Shown: positions 28,507-42,287 of the stretch, one piece after another
How positions within the stretch are numbered: position 1 is the stretch's first letter
Layout of the letters: every line of letters starts with the position of its first letter
From: Octopus vulgaris
Lineage: Eukaryota
DNA length: 64,000 bases
Direction of reading: 5' to 3'
Assembly: GCA_951406725.2 (NCBI GenBank)
Contig: OX597821.1
Coordinates: forward strand, 2,294,001 to 2,358,000
Notes under the pieces: model-generated
Database searches by the model: none
The model's input: the letters and a program-made list of their open reading frames with translations, nothing else
Told to the model about the DNA's origin: nothing
Translations under genes and position numbers: made by a program

Positions 28507-28815
28507 TTGGCACGTAAAAAGGACCATCCGATTGTGGCCGTTGCCAGCCTCGTCTGGCCCCTCTGCCGGTGGCACGTAAAAAACACCATCCGATCGTGGC
28601 CGTTTGCCAGCCTCCTCTGGCACGTGTGCAGGTGGCACATAAAAAGCACCCACTACACTCTCGGAGTGGTTGGCGTTAGGAAGGGCATCCAGCTGTAGGA
28701 ACACTGCCAGATCAGACTGGGCCTTGCGCCGCATTCTGGTTTCCCAGACCCCAATTGAACCGTCCAACCCATGCTAGCATGGAAAACGGACGTTAAACAA
28801 TGATGATGATGATGA
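28507..28815 (+). mobile_element. RTE-tail repeat (family 4) ending in (GAT)n
   Basis: Repeated tggcacgtaaaaa.cacc modules, then gttggcgttaggaagggcatcc...catgctagcatggaaaacggacgttaaac(gat)n. Also at 39466-39742 and 41895-42222. Confidence 0.85.
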
Positions 28816-28863
28816 TATGTATGTATGTGTGTGTGTGTGTGACGTATGTGCGTGTATTTGCGG

Positions 28864-28905
<42 letters not shown>

Positions 28906-29371
28906 CACTGTACATAAATGTTGACACAAAAATGTGTCAACATTTTGTATGTGGGTATTCGCATGCACATTTTGTTTCTTGCTAGCAATACACGTTGTTT
29001 TCCTAATTATATTCTTATAATGACCGCACACATTTGTCTGGTTCAGTGGCCACCCATAGCTGGCTTCTTTTGTAATATATTCTGTTATGTCATTCACTTA
29101 CAGTTGAATGATGAACAACCGTGAGCATTTTAAAATTCTATTACCAATAATTTTAATCTATATATGTAATGTGTACATTTTTAACTTTGTAAATGAAAGC
29201 CATGTGTGTGTGTGTGTGTGTGTATATTTGTGTGTATATGTGTTAATACATGTATTTGAATGTATATATATGTACATGTGTATGGACGTATTTATGTATT
29301 CCGCTCTTGGTTCATCACGATATTCGTGAAGATCCACACGCGAAACTTAAGCAGAATTAATTTTACATCTG

Positions 29372-29452
<81 letters not shown>

Positions 29453-29468
29453 ATGTATCTGCCTATTC

Positions 29469-29506
<38 letters not shown>

Positions 29507-29592
29507 GTGTGTGTGTGTGTGTTTATGTGATGTGTGTGTGTGTGTGTGTGTTTATGTGATGTGTGTGTGTGTGTGTGTGTTTATTGTGTGTA

Positions 29593-30319
29593 TAAGGTGA
29601 GGGCAAAGTAACTAGGCTTTAGAAATCGGTTATAGAAATCCTAATATCACTGAAGTCATGATAACATTTTTTAAACAGACAATATTAATGGGGATTCTAC
29701 AAATTTTCTTATTGGCTTATTTCCTGCTTCTTATTTTCTTGATGACCGGTAGCTTGAGTGTTCAGGTGTGAGTTAAGATAGTAGCACGGTGTGAAATGTG
29801 GAATCGCATTGTTTTGGTTCAGAGATGGTGGCGTGCATGGATAGGTAAGCATGCAACACTTGTCGTGCAGATCTGATGACCACGGTCTCTGCGAAGGATG
29901 AAAGAAGAAGTGGCAGTGCAACCATGTACCAAATCAGTGGAGAGCATGGCATCAGTGCAAGGAAAGTTTAATCGCAGCCCGCAAAATTCAACACATTACG
30001 GACAGGAGCTAAGACGTGATGGGGACCTTATGAATGACCACCAAGAAGTCATGATCTCACTGCATGTGATTTTTACATAAAAAGAAACGTATAAGGTAAA
30101 TCTTCGAACACTGGTGGACTTGGAGACACAGATTCATGAGGTTTTTGAAACCCCAGATAACGCGCTTCAGAATGATGTTCATTCCATCCCTGGCCATTTG
30201 ACGAATGTGATTGACGCCACTGGTACTTACGTTAAAATATGAAGATTTACTTTATTTAATAAGGAACATGTATCATTCGTTTAAATATTTAATGCCTACT
30301 TACTTTTCACCCACCTTGT
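29593..30319 (+). mobile_element. Internally deleted Tc1/mariner derivative
   Basis: TIR aaggtgagggcaaagtaactaggc matches the reverse complement of gcctacttacttttcacccacctt, with TA flanks. Transposase C-terminus-like KETYKVNLRTLVDLETQI..VIDATGTYV. Confidence 0.65.
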
Positions 30320-30952
30320 ATATACATAGTCTTGTTTTCCTCTTCAATATGATCTCCAGTCTTTTAAATCTACTGTACATCGTCACCTATTGATATCTGT
30401 CTCAGCGTCCATTTTATTCTAGTAGCTCTTACGTTTTCAGGGGTCTAATTACGTTGTAACGAGCGAATGCCTTAAAAAGATAAAAAAAGACAAAGCTTGA
30501 TAGCATCCCGTTAGCATAAATTTTCCAATATACACGCTTGACTCCTATTTTTTGTACCTGTGTTCCTATGCCTATATTCTAGTACGTTAAAAACGATAGC
30601 CTGTGTTGTACGGTGTAATATTGAAGGAAACATGTAGTATTCTCTATCCTTGCACATGTTATATACTCGGGATTTATCAAATTACTTCTAAGCGATATTT
30701 GGATTTACTAATTAACATCACAGCAAAACAATTTCTTGCGTGCGCACAAGAAATTTACTTGCTGTCATGTTAATTCTATTTGGACTTATTGTGATGACAA
30801 GTTTATCAAGTTCGCTATATAAGTTCGTTTTCTAGATATTTGCCTGAGTTTACCTGTTAATCCATTTTACCTGTTATTAGACAGAAGCGGCGCACATGAA
30901 CATACACATACATATATACATACATGCATACATACATATATACATACATACA

Positions 30953-31054
<102 letters not shown>

Positions 31055-31059
31055 CATGT

Positions 31060-31220
31060 GTGTAGTTGAAGTTTACTCAAAAACAAAAGACGGAGACAAC
31101 TGTAGATTAAACAAACAGGTGTATTAGTTTAACGCTCGAGAAAAATGGGAAAGTGCTTTAAGTTTCAAGCCAATGCTCTTCAACAAATAGGAATAAGAAG
31201 AGAGAGAACGAAAAGAACGG
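31060..31220 (-). mobile_element. Family C element with degenerate minimal HHR (31156-31190)
   Basis: Minus strand ttgttga-a-gagc-attg-gctt-gaaa-ct. Homologous to 50715-50860 and related to 62870-63065. Confidence 0.55.
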
Positions 31221-31221
31221 T

Positions 31222-31415
31222 GAAAGTAAGACTGCGGAAGGGAATTCCAAAGTTCAGAGTTGGGAGGGAAGAAAGCTGGTACTGTAAAGTGCTTTACGAC
31301 ACTTAGGAGTTTGTACAGGACGGAATGCAGGTTTAGTTGATTGTTCATAAGTTCTTAAAGGAGGAACCAGGGAAGAGAGCTCAGTTGAACAATGTCCATG
31401 AAAATACTTATATTT
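31222..31415 (-). mobile_element. CR1/Jockey-type LINE ORF2 C-terminal fragment
   Basis: Minus strand KYFHGHCSTELSSLVPPL...YSTSF, frameshift, then FFPPNSELWNSLPQSYF (WNSLP motif). Confidence 0.75.
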
Positions 31416-32043
31416 AAAGTTTAGCGGTCCAGCAAGGTGGGATGTCTAGAAGAGAAGAAGTCGAATGAAAGAGAGATAAAAATGAGGATACCAATGAACT
31501 AAGGTGCGCAAGCATGCGTAGTTGTACGTGAGAATTGTGTATGTGAGTGAGTCTGACGTGTGCGCGTGTTGCGTGTGGGTATAAAGAAGCACAGGGGTAG
31601 ATTTCATGAACTTGGTTCGACAACACCAAAAACCTGCTGCACTTGTGCCAAAATTTGAAACGATTACTGTTCTCGTTACTCTTTTTTATCTCAGATTTTG
31701 TTGGAACTCATAGAGCCTGGCATTCGTGGCGGGTTTGCTGCCTGCAACCTACGGTAACACGTTATCTATTCTCGTCAACTATTTAATAATTTCGCAATTA
31801 TTCTGGCCGTGCCAATCAGGCAATGTCTCTGTAACAGTTCAAAGCAGCACTATATTCCTATATATTCCTTGGACTATATCATTATTAATATTATTATTAT
31901 TATTATTAATATGCAGTAGTCTTATTTTTATCACGTGCAGCTCTTTATGCCTTTTATATATTGTTATGTATATTATATATTATATAATATTATGTAATGC
32001 AAGCAGCTATATTGATATGCGTATTTATATACATATATATGTA

Positions 32044-32079
<36 letters not shown>

Positions 32080-32184
32080 ATCTATATATATATATATATA
32101 TATATATTCATATATTAATATCTATATATATGTGTATATAAGTGTATATATTCATATATATATATATATACATACATTCAAACA

Positions 32185-32229
<45 letters not shown>

Positions 32230-32239
<10 letters not shown>

Positions 32240-32506
32240 TAATAAATATTAGGGAATAAATCCAAATTTACAGGGAAAAATCAGATTTAGGATCGAATCC
32301 AATTTTATAGTAAAATATTATATAATATTAATTAGAGACAACACCACTATTATGCAAATCAAACAAAGAAAGACTTAATCCAATACGTAAAAATTTTATA
32401 TAAATTAAATAAAATTAAATAAAATTATTTAATTTATATAATTTTTTTTATGTATTGGATTAAGTCTTTCTTTGTTTGATTTGCATAATAGTGGTTTTGT
32501 CTCTAA

Positions 32507-32519
<13 letters not shown>
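32230..32519. mobile_element. AT-rich fold-back element between (TA)n tracts
   Basis: Inverted arms 32319-32412 and 32425-32519, with an extension of about 85 bp on the left arm only. Confidence 0.8.
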
Positions 32520-32539
<20 letters not shown>

Positions 32540-32653
32540 CATACATACATATATATACATATATGTATATAAGTACATAAATATGCCGATATGTATAGTT
32601 GCTTACATTACATAACATTATATATGTAATAATATACGTAATAATATATAAAA

Positions 32654-32722
<69 letters not shown>

Positions 32723-33069
32723 GCATGATGTACAAAAAGAAAATAACAGTTCCAGTTACCAAACACTAGGATTATATAAATAATTAATTTCCATTTCCAT
32801 AGAAATGTAGTTTTGGTCCCTGTTATTTCGATTTGTATACAGTTCATGTTACTTTTCAGAAGAACCCATTAAATTATCGTCGATATCTCACTATACAATG
32901 TCCTGCGATATAAAACATTAATACTGACATTTCGGATTTTAATCATTGTTAGTTGTGACACCCGATTCAACCTCACTTAATCTGTTGCTAGAAGCTCAAT
33001 CTGCAACACTTGCGTTTCTTCTAAATATGCAAACATTTAAATGGTAAATAGTATTATATATATATATAT

Positions 33070-34130
33070 AGAACGAATTTACTTAGAAATGGATGCGTGC
33101 CGTCTGTCATGTACTAACAAAGTAATAAATAAAACATGCATATATACATACATATATGTACGTACCTACATCTACATGTATATATACATGCATATATGGG
33201 TACACGACACCAAAAAAAACGTCGAACATAATGAGAAACAAAAACATAAACGCAAAACCAAGGAACTGGACATTTTTCTTAAACAACGAAAAAATAGAGT
33301 ACAGGGCAAATAACACAAGGAAAATTCCCCTTCGTCAGTCGCCATGGTTTCTTCTACTCAGCGTTTCGAAGATGAAGGCGAAACGCGACGTCGGCTGAAA
33401 CTTTCCTTGCCGCGAAAAGCAAATTAAATAAAATTTGAGATTTTTTTGCGGAGGAATAAAAATAGTAACAAAAACAGGACAGTAACGACAGTACAAAATA
33501 TAAACAGTAAAAGACAGGACAGGGAGAATAACAGTAACACGAACAAGAAGGGCTGTTAAGCCGAACGAGATAAAATATTACGAACGCTATTATTGAAAAC
33601 GGCGAAGGAGCAACAGAAAATGCCGTCTACACTCGGGTGAAGCAAGGTCAGAAAAGACAGTAGTTTCCTCATCGCTGACCAGCGACGGGACAGGGGAGGA
33701 GGAGTAAGAGAAAGGGAAGGGGAGAGAAAAAAGGAGGAATGGTTGTAGACAAAAACCAGAAGGAATGAAGAATGAGAGAGCGGGAGGGAGAGACAGTAAG
33801 GTAGAAGAAAAGGAAACCAGAAAAAAGGAAGGCTGAGAAAGGGAAGGAGGAAGAAAGGTTAAGTGTGCGCATCAGTATTAATATTAAGAACAAACTTACT
33901 TAGAAATAGATGCGGGCGTTCTGTCGTGTAGTAACAAATTAATGAATATAACATGCATATATACATACATATATGTACGTACCTACACCTACATGTATAT
34001 ATGCATGCATATATGGGTACAAGACACCGAAAAACGTCGAACACAATGAGAAACGAAAACATAAACACAAAACCAAGGAACTGGACATTTTTCTTAAACA
34101 ACGAAAAAATAGAGTACAGGACAAATAACA
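33070..34130 (-). mobile_element. Family B element, partial tandem (817-bp period)
   Basis: 33081-33315 recurs at 33898-34130. Homologous to 35300-35605 (+) and 50425-50705 (-). Confidence 0.7.
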
Positions 34131-34132
34131 TG

Positions 34133-34179
<47 letters not shown>

Positions 34180-34280
34180 ACATATATGTATATATGTATA
34201 TGTATGTATGTATGTATGTGTCCAAAGATATGCATACGAATATATATATATAACATTTTTGTATTAATGGAAAACCTCTA

Positions 34281-34373
34281 TAATTGGCTGATGAGTACTC
34301 AGCATCATAAATCTGTTGTAATACTTACAACATTTAATAAAATGATGTAGTACGAAACGATCGTACCAAATTA
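34281..34373 (+). ncRNA. Type I hammerhead ribozyme, canonical core, long stem II
   Basis: taattgg-CTGATGA-[GTACT..catcat..tgttgtaa(tac)ttacaaca..atgatg.AGTAC, 59 nt]-GAA-ACGATCGT-A-ccaaatta. Triplet GUA. Confidence 0.9.
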
Positions 34374-35046
34374 CCGGTGTCATTCTTGTTGCTTATTTTG
34401 ATTATATATATATATATATATATGTGTGTGTATTTTTATAAATGATCACTTAGCTAAATTGCATCATTTATTCCTCACTCTACCCCTTCTCTCTCTCCTG
34501 CCTTATACCTTTCTCTCTATCACAATTTTTCTTCCAGTCTATCCTACCCTCATTCTTCGACCTTTTTCCTTGCTTTCCCCCTGTTTCTCTATAAACATCC
34601 CCAATATCTAATTGATTTAATGTCTAATCCCCCCAGGTCCCTCGTATCCTTTTGTTTGTCTCAACAACACTACCCCTCCGCTACCCGATCTTCACTCTCC
34701 CATGTCATCTCTTATTCTGCTTGTCTTGCTCTATATCCAGAAAGTCTTTCTACTTGATTTTAAGACCTGATTATAAAGCATAAGCGACGCCTCCTTTCAT
34801 CATACTGACCATATAGCACCCCTCTGATCCTCCCACTAGCCCACCTATTCTAACTCTATTCAAACCCACATTACTTACTTGCTCTACTCTGTCTCCATCT
34901 GTATCCCTTCCCCCATTTCCTCTATCTCTCTACCTCCCCTTCCCAGACGCTTATATCCACTCTAACTCCTTTACTCTTTTCGTCTTTTTCTGCCCTTCCA
35001 CCGTTAAATGTCAATCATTAATATGTGAAATGCTATTGGCCAATGC

Positions 35047-35196
35047 ACTCTCTTGATGAAGAAAACAAGTCTGATGGTAATATCTCTATCCTACCAATTA
35101 CTGGTTAATATCCATGGCCTTTTGCGTATTCCATCTCCTAGATATAAACATTACGATTGCTATATATTTCCGAGCTTTCAGAAACAGCTGTCGAGT
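35047..35196 (+). ncRNA. Degenerate type I HHR with 121-nt stem II region
   Basis: actctc-TTGATGA-a-gaaa...tttc-a-GAA-ACAGCTGT-C-gagt. Preceded by a long CT-rich tract (34450-35000). Confidence 0.55.
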
Positions 35197-35299
35197 TTAA
35201 AATCTAGGCATTCTCTCCTTAGTATTCTTAGTATGATTGTGGCGTATGTAGACCTAGTAATCGTTAATATCTTCGGTGTCTATGTTTAAATCGTTTGCG

Positions 35300-35605
35300 A
35301 TCTACATTCTGTTTCCTCCTTTGGGTTTCTTTAGTTCTCGCCGTCTGACAACACAAAACGCGGAGTAGATGAAACAGGGACAACTGATGGAGAATATTCT
35401 TTATGTTGCATGTCTCGTTTTCCTGTTTGTTTTTACGTTGTTCAAAAAAAAAGTTCGTTTCCTATATTTTAATTTTTATGTTTTCGTCTCTCATATGTTC
35501 AAAGTTTTTTTGGTCCTATACCCATATATGCATGTATATATACATATATATGTAAGTATGTACATATATGTATGAATATATGCATTTATTATTTATATTA
35601 TATGT
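35300..35605 (+). mobile_element. Family B element 3' part
   Basis: acgcggagtagatgaaacagggacaactgatg...cccatatatgcatgtatatata, shared with 50425-50705. Confidence 0.65.
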
Positions 35606-35611
35606 ATATGT

Positions 35612-35922
35612 GGAGGCGCAATGGCCTAGTGGTTAGGGCAGCGGACTCGCGGTCGTAGGATCGCGGTTTCGATTCCCAGACCGGGCGTTGTGAGTGTTTA
35701 TTGAGCGAAAACACCTAAAGCTCCACGAGGCTCCGGCAGGGGGTGGTGGCGATCACTGCTGTACTCTTTCTCCACAAATTTCTCTCACTCTTTCTTCTGT
35801 TGGCCTGCTCGCTTAGCCAGCGGGGTGGCGTCATTTGAAGGTTAAAACAATGCGAAGCGCATTGTGACCAGCGATGTGTAACAACATCTGATAGCCTGGT
35901 CGGTCACGGTGATCATGGTGAT
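35612..35922 (+). mobile_element. tRNA-derived SINE family 3 (Arg-like head)
   Basis: A box tggcctagtggttag, loop acTCGcg, B box gtttcgattccc, tail ggtcggtcacggtgat. Confidence 0.85.
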
Positions 35923-35963
35923 TATATGTATATGTATTTATATATGTATATATATATACATAT

Positions 35964-36009
<46 letters not shown>

Positions 36010-37774
36010 ATATGTATATATATATATATATATATACATACATAAATAATATATGCATATATTCATACATATTCTGCTAGCTGACAGCCCTGTAAATTTA
36101 GAATTAAAATTGTTAGAGAGATTCTGCCCCGAGACTGTACAGTTAAGTGGGTTGTAGCTGTAATTTAAAATATTCAGATAAGACAACTTGAGAAGATATA
36201 AAATAACACTTGCTCTAAATGCCACACAATAGCAACAACCCTAAACATTCCCAGTTTGCAAATCAAACTTTTTACATATACAGTTTACTGCTACACCTAT
36301 GAAGGTAAATAGAGTTACCATCATTTCCTGTCTGTCAAAATAATATCAAACATAAGGTAAACAATCTATATAGTAAAAGTTTCAATTTTATATTATATGT
36401 GTTCTAATCTGTCAAGAACGGATAATTTTTAATTTTTTAGATTGTATATAAAGAATTATAAAATATATATACATGTATATATCTGTGTGTGTGTGTGATT
36501 GTGTGTGTGTGTGTATGTATTTCATTTATACACACTTCAAGTGTGATTAAAAAATATCCAACCGTACCATTGCATTTCATTTGTAAAGTTTGGCAGAATC
36601 AAATGATCATACCTATTTCCCTCAATCTAATTGCTGCAAGGAAAGAAAACACAGAACGTTTGCGGAATAAACAAATCAATATTATTTGTTACAAAGGAAA
36701 AAGGAAAGACGTGCTAAGCTTAGCTTAAAATTCCAAACGCATCATCGACGTGCTAAAGAGCCTGCAGTTTCCAAACTGCCATTCAATAACACTTTACCGG
36801 GGTCATCTCGAGGTAACAGGGATCGAGTTACTGCACATTCAACATTGATCTATGACACATTTCCAGAAATGTCTAGAAAGAAAATATTATTCGTAAATAT
36901 TTTTGAAAAGGAAATAAAACACTTAGGATAAAACGTCAGGAGAGCCAGAAATAATATACTCCATCGAATGTCTGTGTGTCTTAACACATATTGAATGTAA
37001 GAATTTATAAACACTTTGAGCAGAAATGGGAATAATTGTCAGTGTGTTTGAAAGCTGTACAAATAGGAAGGAGAAAGAAAGAAATAAACCGATTGAAGAA
37101 TAATTCTAAACATTCTAAAATCTAACATAAACAAATAATGTCTATTTTATCGAACCTACGTGGGAGTGTCTTTGTAGGTACACAGCCTGCTAGAAATAAT
37201 AGCCAGCTCCCCTTCAAGCTACAATTTTCTATCATATTAAGTATGGACACAAACCGATGTAAGTCAGCGAATAAGAAAGAAATAGCTACTGAATGTTCCT
37301 CAGATTGCGCTCAGCTCTCAGAAAAATGCAGGCACTAATCTACTCCTGGGTTTCCAGACATAGGAAGAAAAGAATATGAGCCGTCTCGACTGGAATAAAG
37401 TCTTACCCAAAAAACAATCCTTCTTTTTTAATCACAATTATCTAGAGCAGATAGCCTTGGCTAATAATATTTCCAACAGCATGTAAGCAAGAGCAAGTCT
37501 TAGTTGGAAATTCGAAAAATAATAAAAGTCGGGGAGGAAAGGGAGAAAAATATCGTCTTTACACTCGACAATAAGATTTTAGAAGGTAGAATCGTTACCG
37601 GTGATCCTCCTACTTGTCTGGTACCTTATTACATCGACTATCAAAGAATGTACGAGTATGTTGATATCTGTGTTGGTTGAAATTCGAAAATAATTCGAAA
37701 AATGAGAAGTGTTTTGTATGGGGTGGTAACGGATCTACCAGTTTGACTAACAGCAATAAGAATAATAGTTTTTT

Positions 37775-38161
37775 CTTCTATAGGCACGAAGCCTGAAATT
37801 TTTGGGAAAAGGGAAAGTCAATTACATCGATCGCAGTTCTTAACTGGTATTTAATTTATCGACCATGAAAAGATGAAAGACAAAGTCGACCTCGGGGAAA
37901 TTTGAACTCAGAACGTAGCGGCAGACGAAATACCTGTTTCTTTATTACCCACAAGGTGCTAAACATAGAGGGGACAAACAAGGACAGACAAACGGATTAA
38001 GTCGATTACATTGACCCCAGTGCGTAACTGGTACTTATTTAATCGACCCCGAAAGGATGAAATGTAAAGTCGACCTCGGCGGAATTTGAACTCAGAACGC
38101 AGACGAAATACCGCTAAACATTTCGCCCGGCGTGATAACGTTTCTGCCATGTTGCCGCCTT
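37775..38161 (-). mobile_element. SINE family 2 (two joined copies)
   Basis: Minus-strand head ggcggcaacatggcagaaacgtta..gttctgagttcaaattccgccgaggtcgac. The body is repeated at 37820-37935. Confidence 0.85.
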
Positions 38162-38180
38162 GGCAATAGTAATAATAATA

Positions 38181-38230
<50 letters not shown>

Positions 38231-39123
38231 AATAATAATAATATTTTTTAAATATGAGAATGTACACACAGACTCTCACACACCAACAATGGTTTATCGA
38301 TCTATCTATCTTTATTTCTTTCTATCTATCTGTCTTTCTATCTGTCGATCTGTCTGTCTGTCTGTCTGTCTATAAATCTATATAACATGACTGTTATATA
38401 AGCTAATGTATTAATGCATTGAAACACTACTTTCAAATAAAGTTGGATCTGTTTAAAGCCATACTTAATTCTCAAGAACTACACACACATAAACACACAT
38501 ACACACACAATCACACATACACACACACACATTAACGTTGCCTTCATGTATATCATAAAGTCAATCTTTGCTCAAAACCCACACCACACTGTGTGCAAAA
38601 CCTATTCATTGGAATCTCATCCATTTCTTCGCATTTTTTTTCCTCCATTCTTCCTGTCTCTATTTCTCAACTTAGCTTCACTTCTTTGTATCTGCCCAGC
38701 GGCATTCTCTATTACCGTGATCTTCGCTATCATAAAAAATCTTGTCGTAGTGTTTATAAACATAAAGAAAGAAAAAAGATATTGTTCACGTGTAGCAAGA
38801 AGATCACATTTTAGTACTTTCACCCTTCAGTTATTTTATAACTTTCGATTTTTCTCAATAATATTTCAAAGTTGTTAAATATTTTAAAATTCATTCACAA
38901 TATATTTATTCCAATCTCTTGTATATTTGACACACTGCAGACACGTCGTTGAACTGCCGTAGGCGAGCTGTTAAATTGTCTGTCTTCTGCCGTACGTGAA
39001 AACATATAAGTTCATACACGTATGCATGTATACATGAGCAAAAACACAGATCCACCTTCGCACTCACATTTCATTTTGTATATAATATCTGTATATATCT
39101 CCTGCTTTGTATTTGCATATATG

Positions 39124-39157
<34 letters not shown>

Positions 39158-39261
39158 TGTAGGTATGTATGTATGTATGTATGTATGTATCTATCTATCT
39201 ACCTGTTTCTCTACTTGTGTCTCTCTGTCTGGTACGCTTGTCTATCTATATACCACACATG

Positions 39262-39338
<77 letters not shown>

Positions 39339-39431
39339 GTATATACATATATGTATATATATGTATGCATATGTATGTATATATATATATATATATGTCT
39401 GTATATATATATATATATATATGTATATACA

Positions 39432-39464
<33 letters not shown>

Positions 39465-39465
39465 G

Positions 39466-39737
39466 TCAGCGCCGCCTTGACTGGCTTCCGTGCCGCTGGC
39501 ACATAAAAAGCACCAATCCGATCGTGGCCGTTGCCAGCCTCGCCTGGCACCTGTGCCGGTGGCACGTAATAAGCACCCACTACACTCACGGAGCGGTTGG
39601 CGTTACGAAGGTCATCCGGGTGTAGAGACACTGCCAGATCAGACTGGAGCCTGGTGCAGCCTTCTGGCTTCCCAGATCCCCGGTCGAACCGTCCAACCCA
39701 TGCTAGCATGGATAACGGAGGGTAAACGATGATGATG

Positions 39738-39742
<5 letters not shown>
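39466..39742 (+). mobile_element. RTE-tail repeat (family 4)
   Basis: Homologous to 28507-28815, inserted in (TA)n. Confidence 0.85.
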
Positions 39743-39800
<58 letters not shown>

Positions 39801-39938
39801 ATATGTATATGTATATATATATATATATGTGTGTGTACGTATATATCTATATGTATGTGAGTATATGTATACAGATATGTATAGATATTCACATACAAAC
39901 ACACATTTTAATACATTAGATGCTATTTACATAATCGC

Positions 39939-39986
<48 letters not shown>

Positions 39987-40285
39987 TGTATGTATGTATG
40001 TATGTGTGTGTGTATGTATGTATGTATATATATATATATTTAAATGTTATTGATATCGTTTCTATTATGTTAAACTGTCGTATATCTAAATTTAGCCAAC
40101 TGCATTATTTCAAATATGTATTTTTAATTTCAAACTATCGTATCTCGAACTGCTTCAGATCCGAAAATATCAAAATTTGTTCAAGAGTAGAACATTTTTT
40201 AGCTGCGACATTGTGAAATTTTAATTCCGGTTTCTGAAAAACCAACGTTTTTGACACACGGCACTTTTGCATAACCATATACATT

Positions 40286-41033
40286 TATCTCTCTATGTAA
40301 AACTGAAATGCGTTTTTACCGCTTGGATCGCTTTCAATGCCACTACATCCCGTTCGATTCACTCCAAAATTTACAGGGACATGTAAAATGAGGTGACGAT
40401 GCCCGTGGGCTACCTTAGAAATTCCTATCCTAAAAGGTGTGCTTGCTAGAGGCCATCTTCCTCACTCACGCTATTTCCTCCATTCCCCTCCAACTCCCCT
40501 TCATATATAACTTTGACAAGTTCACTCGCGTTATTTAATGTATCTGCCTTCCTCAGCTCACTCTCGCTATTTCCTTTCTTACCAGCACATTTTCACTCAC
40601 TCTATTTCTTACCTTCCCATAACTTTTACTCATGTATCTGTCTGCATTCATACCGTGAAACAAATATTCCATCGCCATCGCCATCGCATTCTATTGTCTA
40701 CCTGTCAACGCGCCGATCTACCAAATACAAACAGAACATAGTGATAACATAGGTTTTTCGTATCAATTACATCTTAACATTTATTTAGAACCCTGCAAAT
40801 TTTTCGTGCTAAATTTTCATTTATTACTACTTGATTATTTTTTCTTAAATTGATGCTTTTATTAAAATTAATTCTAATTGTCTGGGTCAACAGTTCGTTT
40901 CCTCGGAGGATATGGAAATTCTTATTACCTGTCAGAGAAATAACTCCAACAGCTCACAACTATTTCAACAAAGACAAGGTTACCTGCTTACCAGTCGAAT
41001 TCAGCGTCAACGTTCACGTATGAGAGAGACTCC

Positions 41034-41079
<46 letters not shown>

Positions 41080-41893
41080 TATATATATATACATATATAT
41101 ACATATATATAATGTGTGCATTATATGGTCGGTTGAGCTGAAAATATGCACACCTATGTTAAAAGTGCTGGCAAGTTTGCATGACAACAATTTTTTCCCT
41201 CAAACGAAAGGTGTGACCTCTGGGACAACATTCCTCATCATATAAAATGTGGCCCCAGTAGACCCGAATGAAATCGGGTTATATTAACCAAAATGGGAAA
41301 AGGGGTCTAAATGGGGCTTGAAGGAGATTAAAATTTAAAGGAGCGGGTGTTTAGCAATTCTCTGTTACATCAAGCTAAAAAATTTGCGCCAGCCTTTTAA
41401 TCGTCAATGCGTTGCCGTCCATGATGAAGAAGTTTTCAATGCTTGCCATGGTGAGTCTACTGTCGTGAGAAAGAATCAATTCAAAACTTGGTGTTTAGGG
41501 ATTTTCTTTTATATCAAGTTCAAAATTTTACGCCAGCCGTTAAACTGTCAAAACGTTGCTGTCCGTCGTTAAGAAATGCCAGCCATGGTGACTCTACTAT
41601 CCTCAAATTCTATGCCTTCAAACTTTGGTTTCCAATATTTTATTATTTTTATTCAGCTCGCAAGTTCGTCTGTCCCTTTTAAATGTTAGTGTTTTGCTGT
41701 CTGCCTTGAAGCAGACCTTTCCGTTGTTACTGCCTGATATTTATGATTGATCTTTCTAAATATTTTATTTCTAAACTTACTCAAGATCTTTTGTTGTTTA
41801 TAAATGGGAGAGAGATAGATAAAGATAGAGAGTAAGAGAAAGCGAGGGAAAGGAAGAGTAACAGAGTGGGAAAGTGAGAGAGAAAGGAGGGAG

Positions 41894-41927
<34 letters not shown>

Positions 41928-42287
41928 GTTTAACGTCCGTTTTCCGTGCTAGCACGGGTTGGACAGTTTGACCGGGGTCTGGGGAGCCAGGAGGCTGCAC
42001 CAGGCTCCAGTCTGATCTGGCAGTGTTTCTACAGGTGGATGCCCTTCCTAACGCCAACCACTCTGTGAGCGTAGTGGGTGTTTTTTTCGTGCCGCCGGCA
42101 CAGGTGCCAGGGGGGCTGGCAGCGGCCACGATTGGTTGGTGCTTTTTACGTGCCATCAGCACAGAAGCCAGTCAAGGCGGCGCTGCAATCCGCCACGTTC
42201 AGATGGTGCTTTTTACGTGCTGAAAGGAAGCAACAGAAAGTAACAACCACACTCTTACCCGCGAGTAGAGCGGGTCACCTTCAGCTA

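Noticed and set aside
36535-36950. Possible mariner remnant
   Set aside because: Only a vague TIR-like start; no matching end or protein motif.
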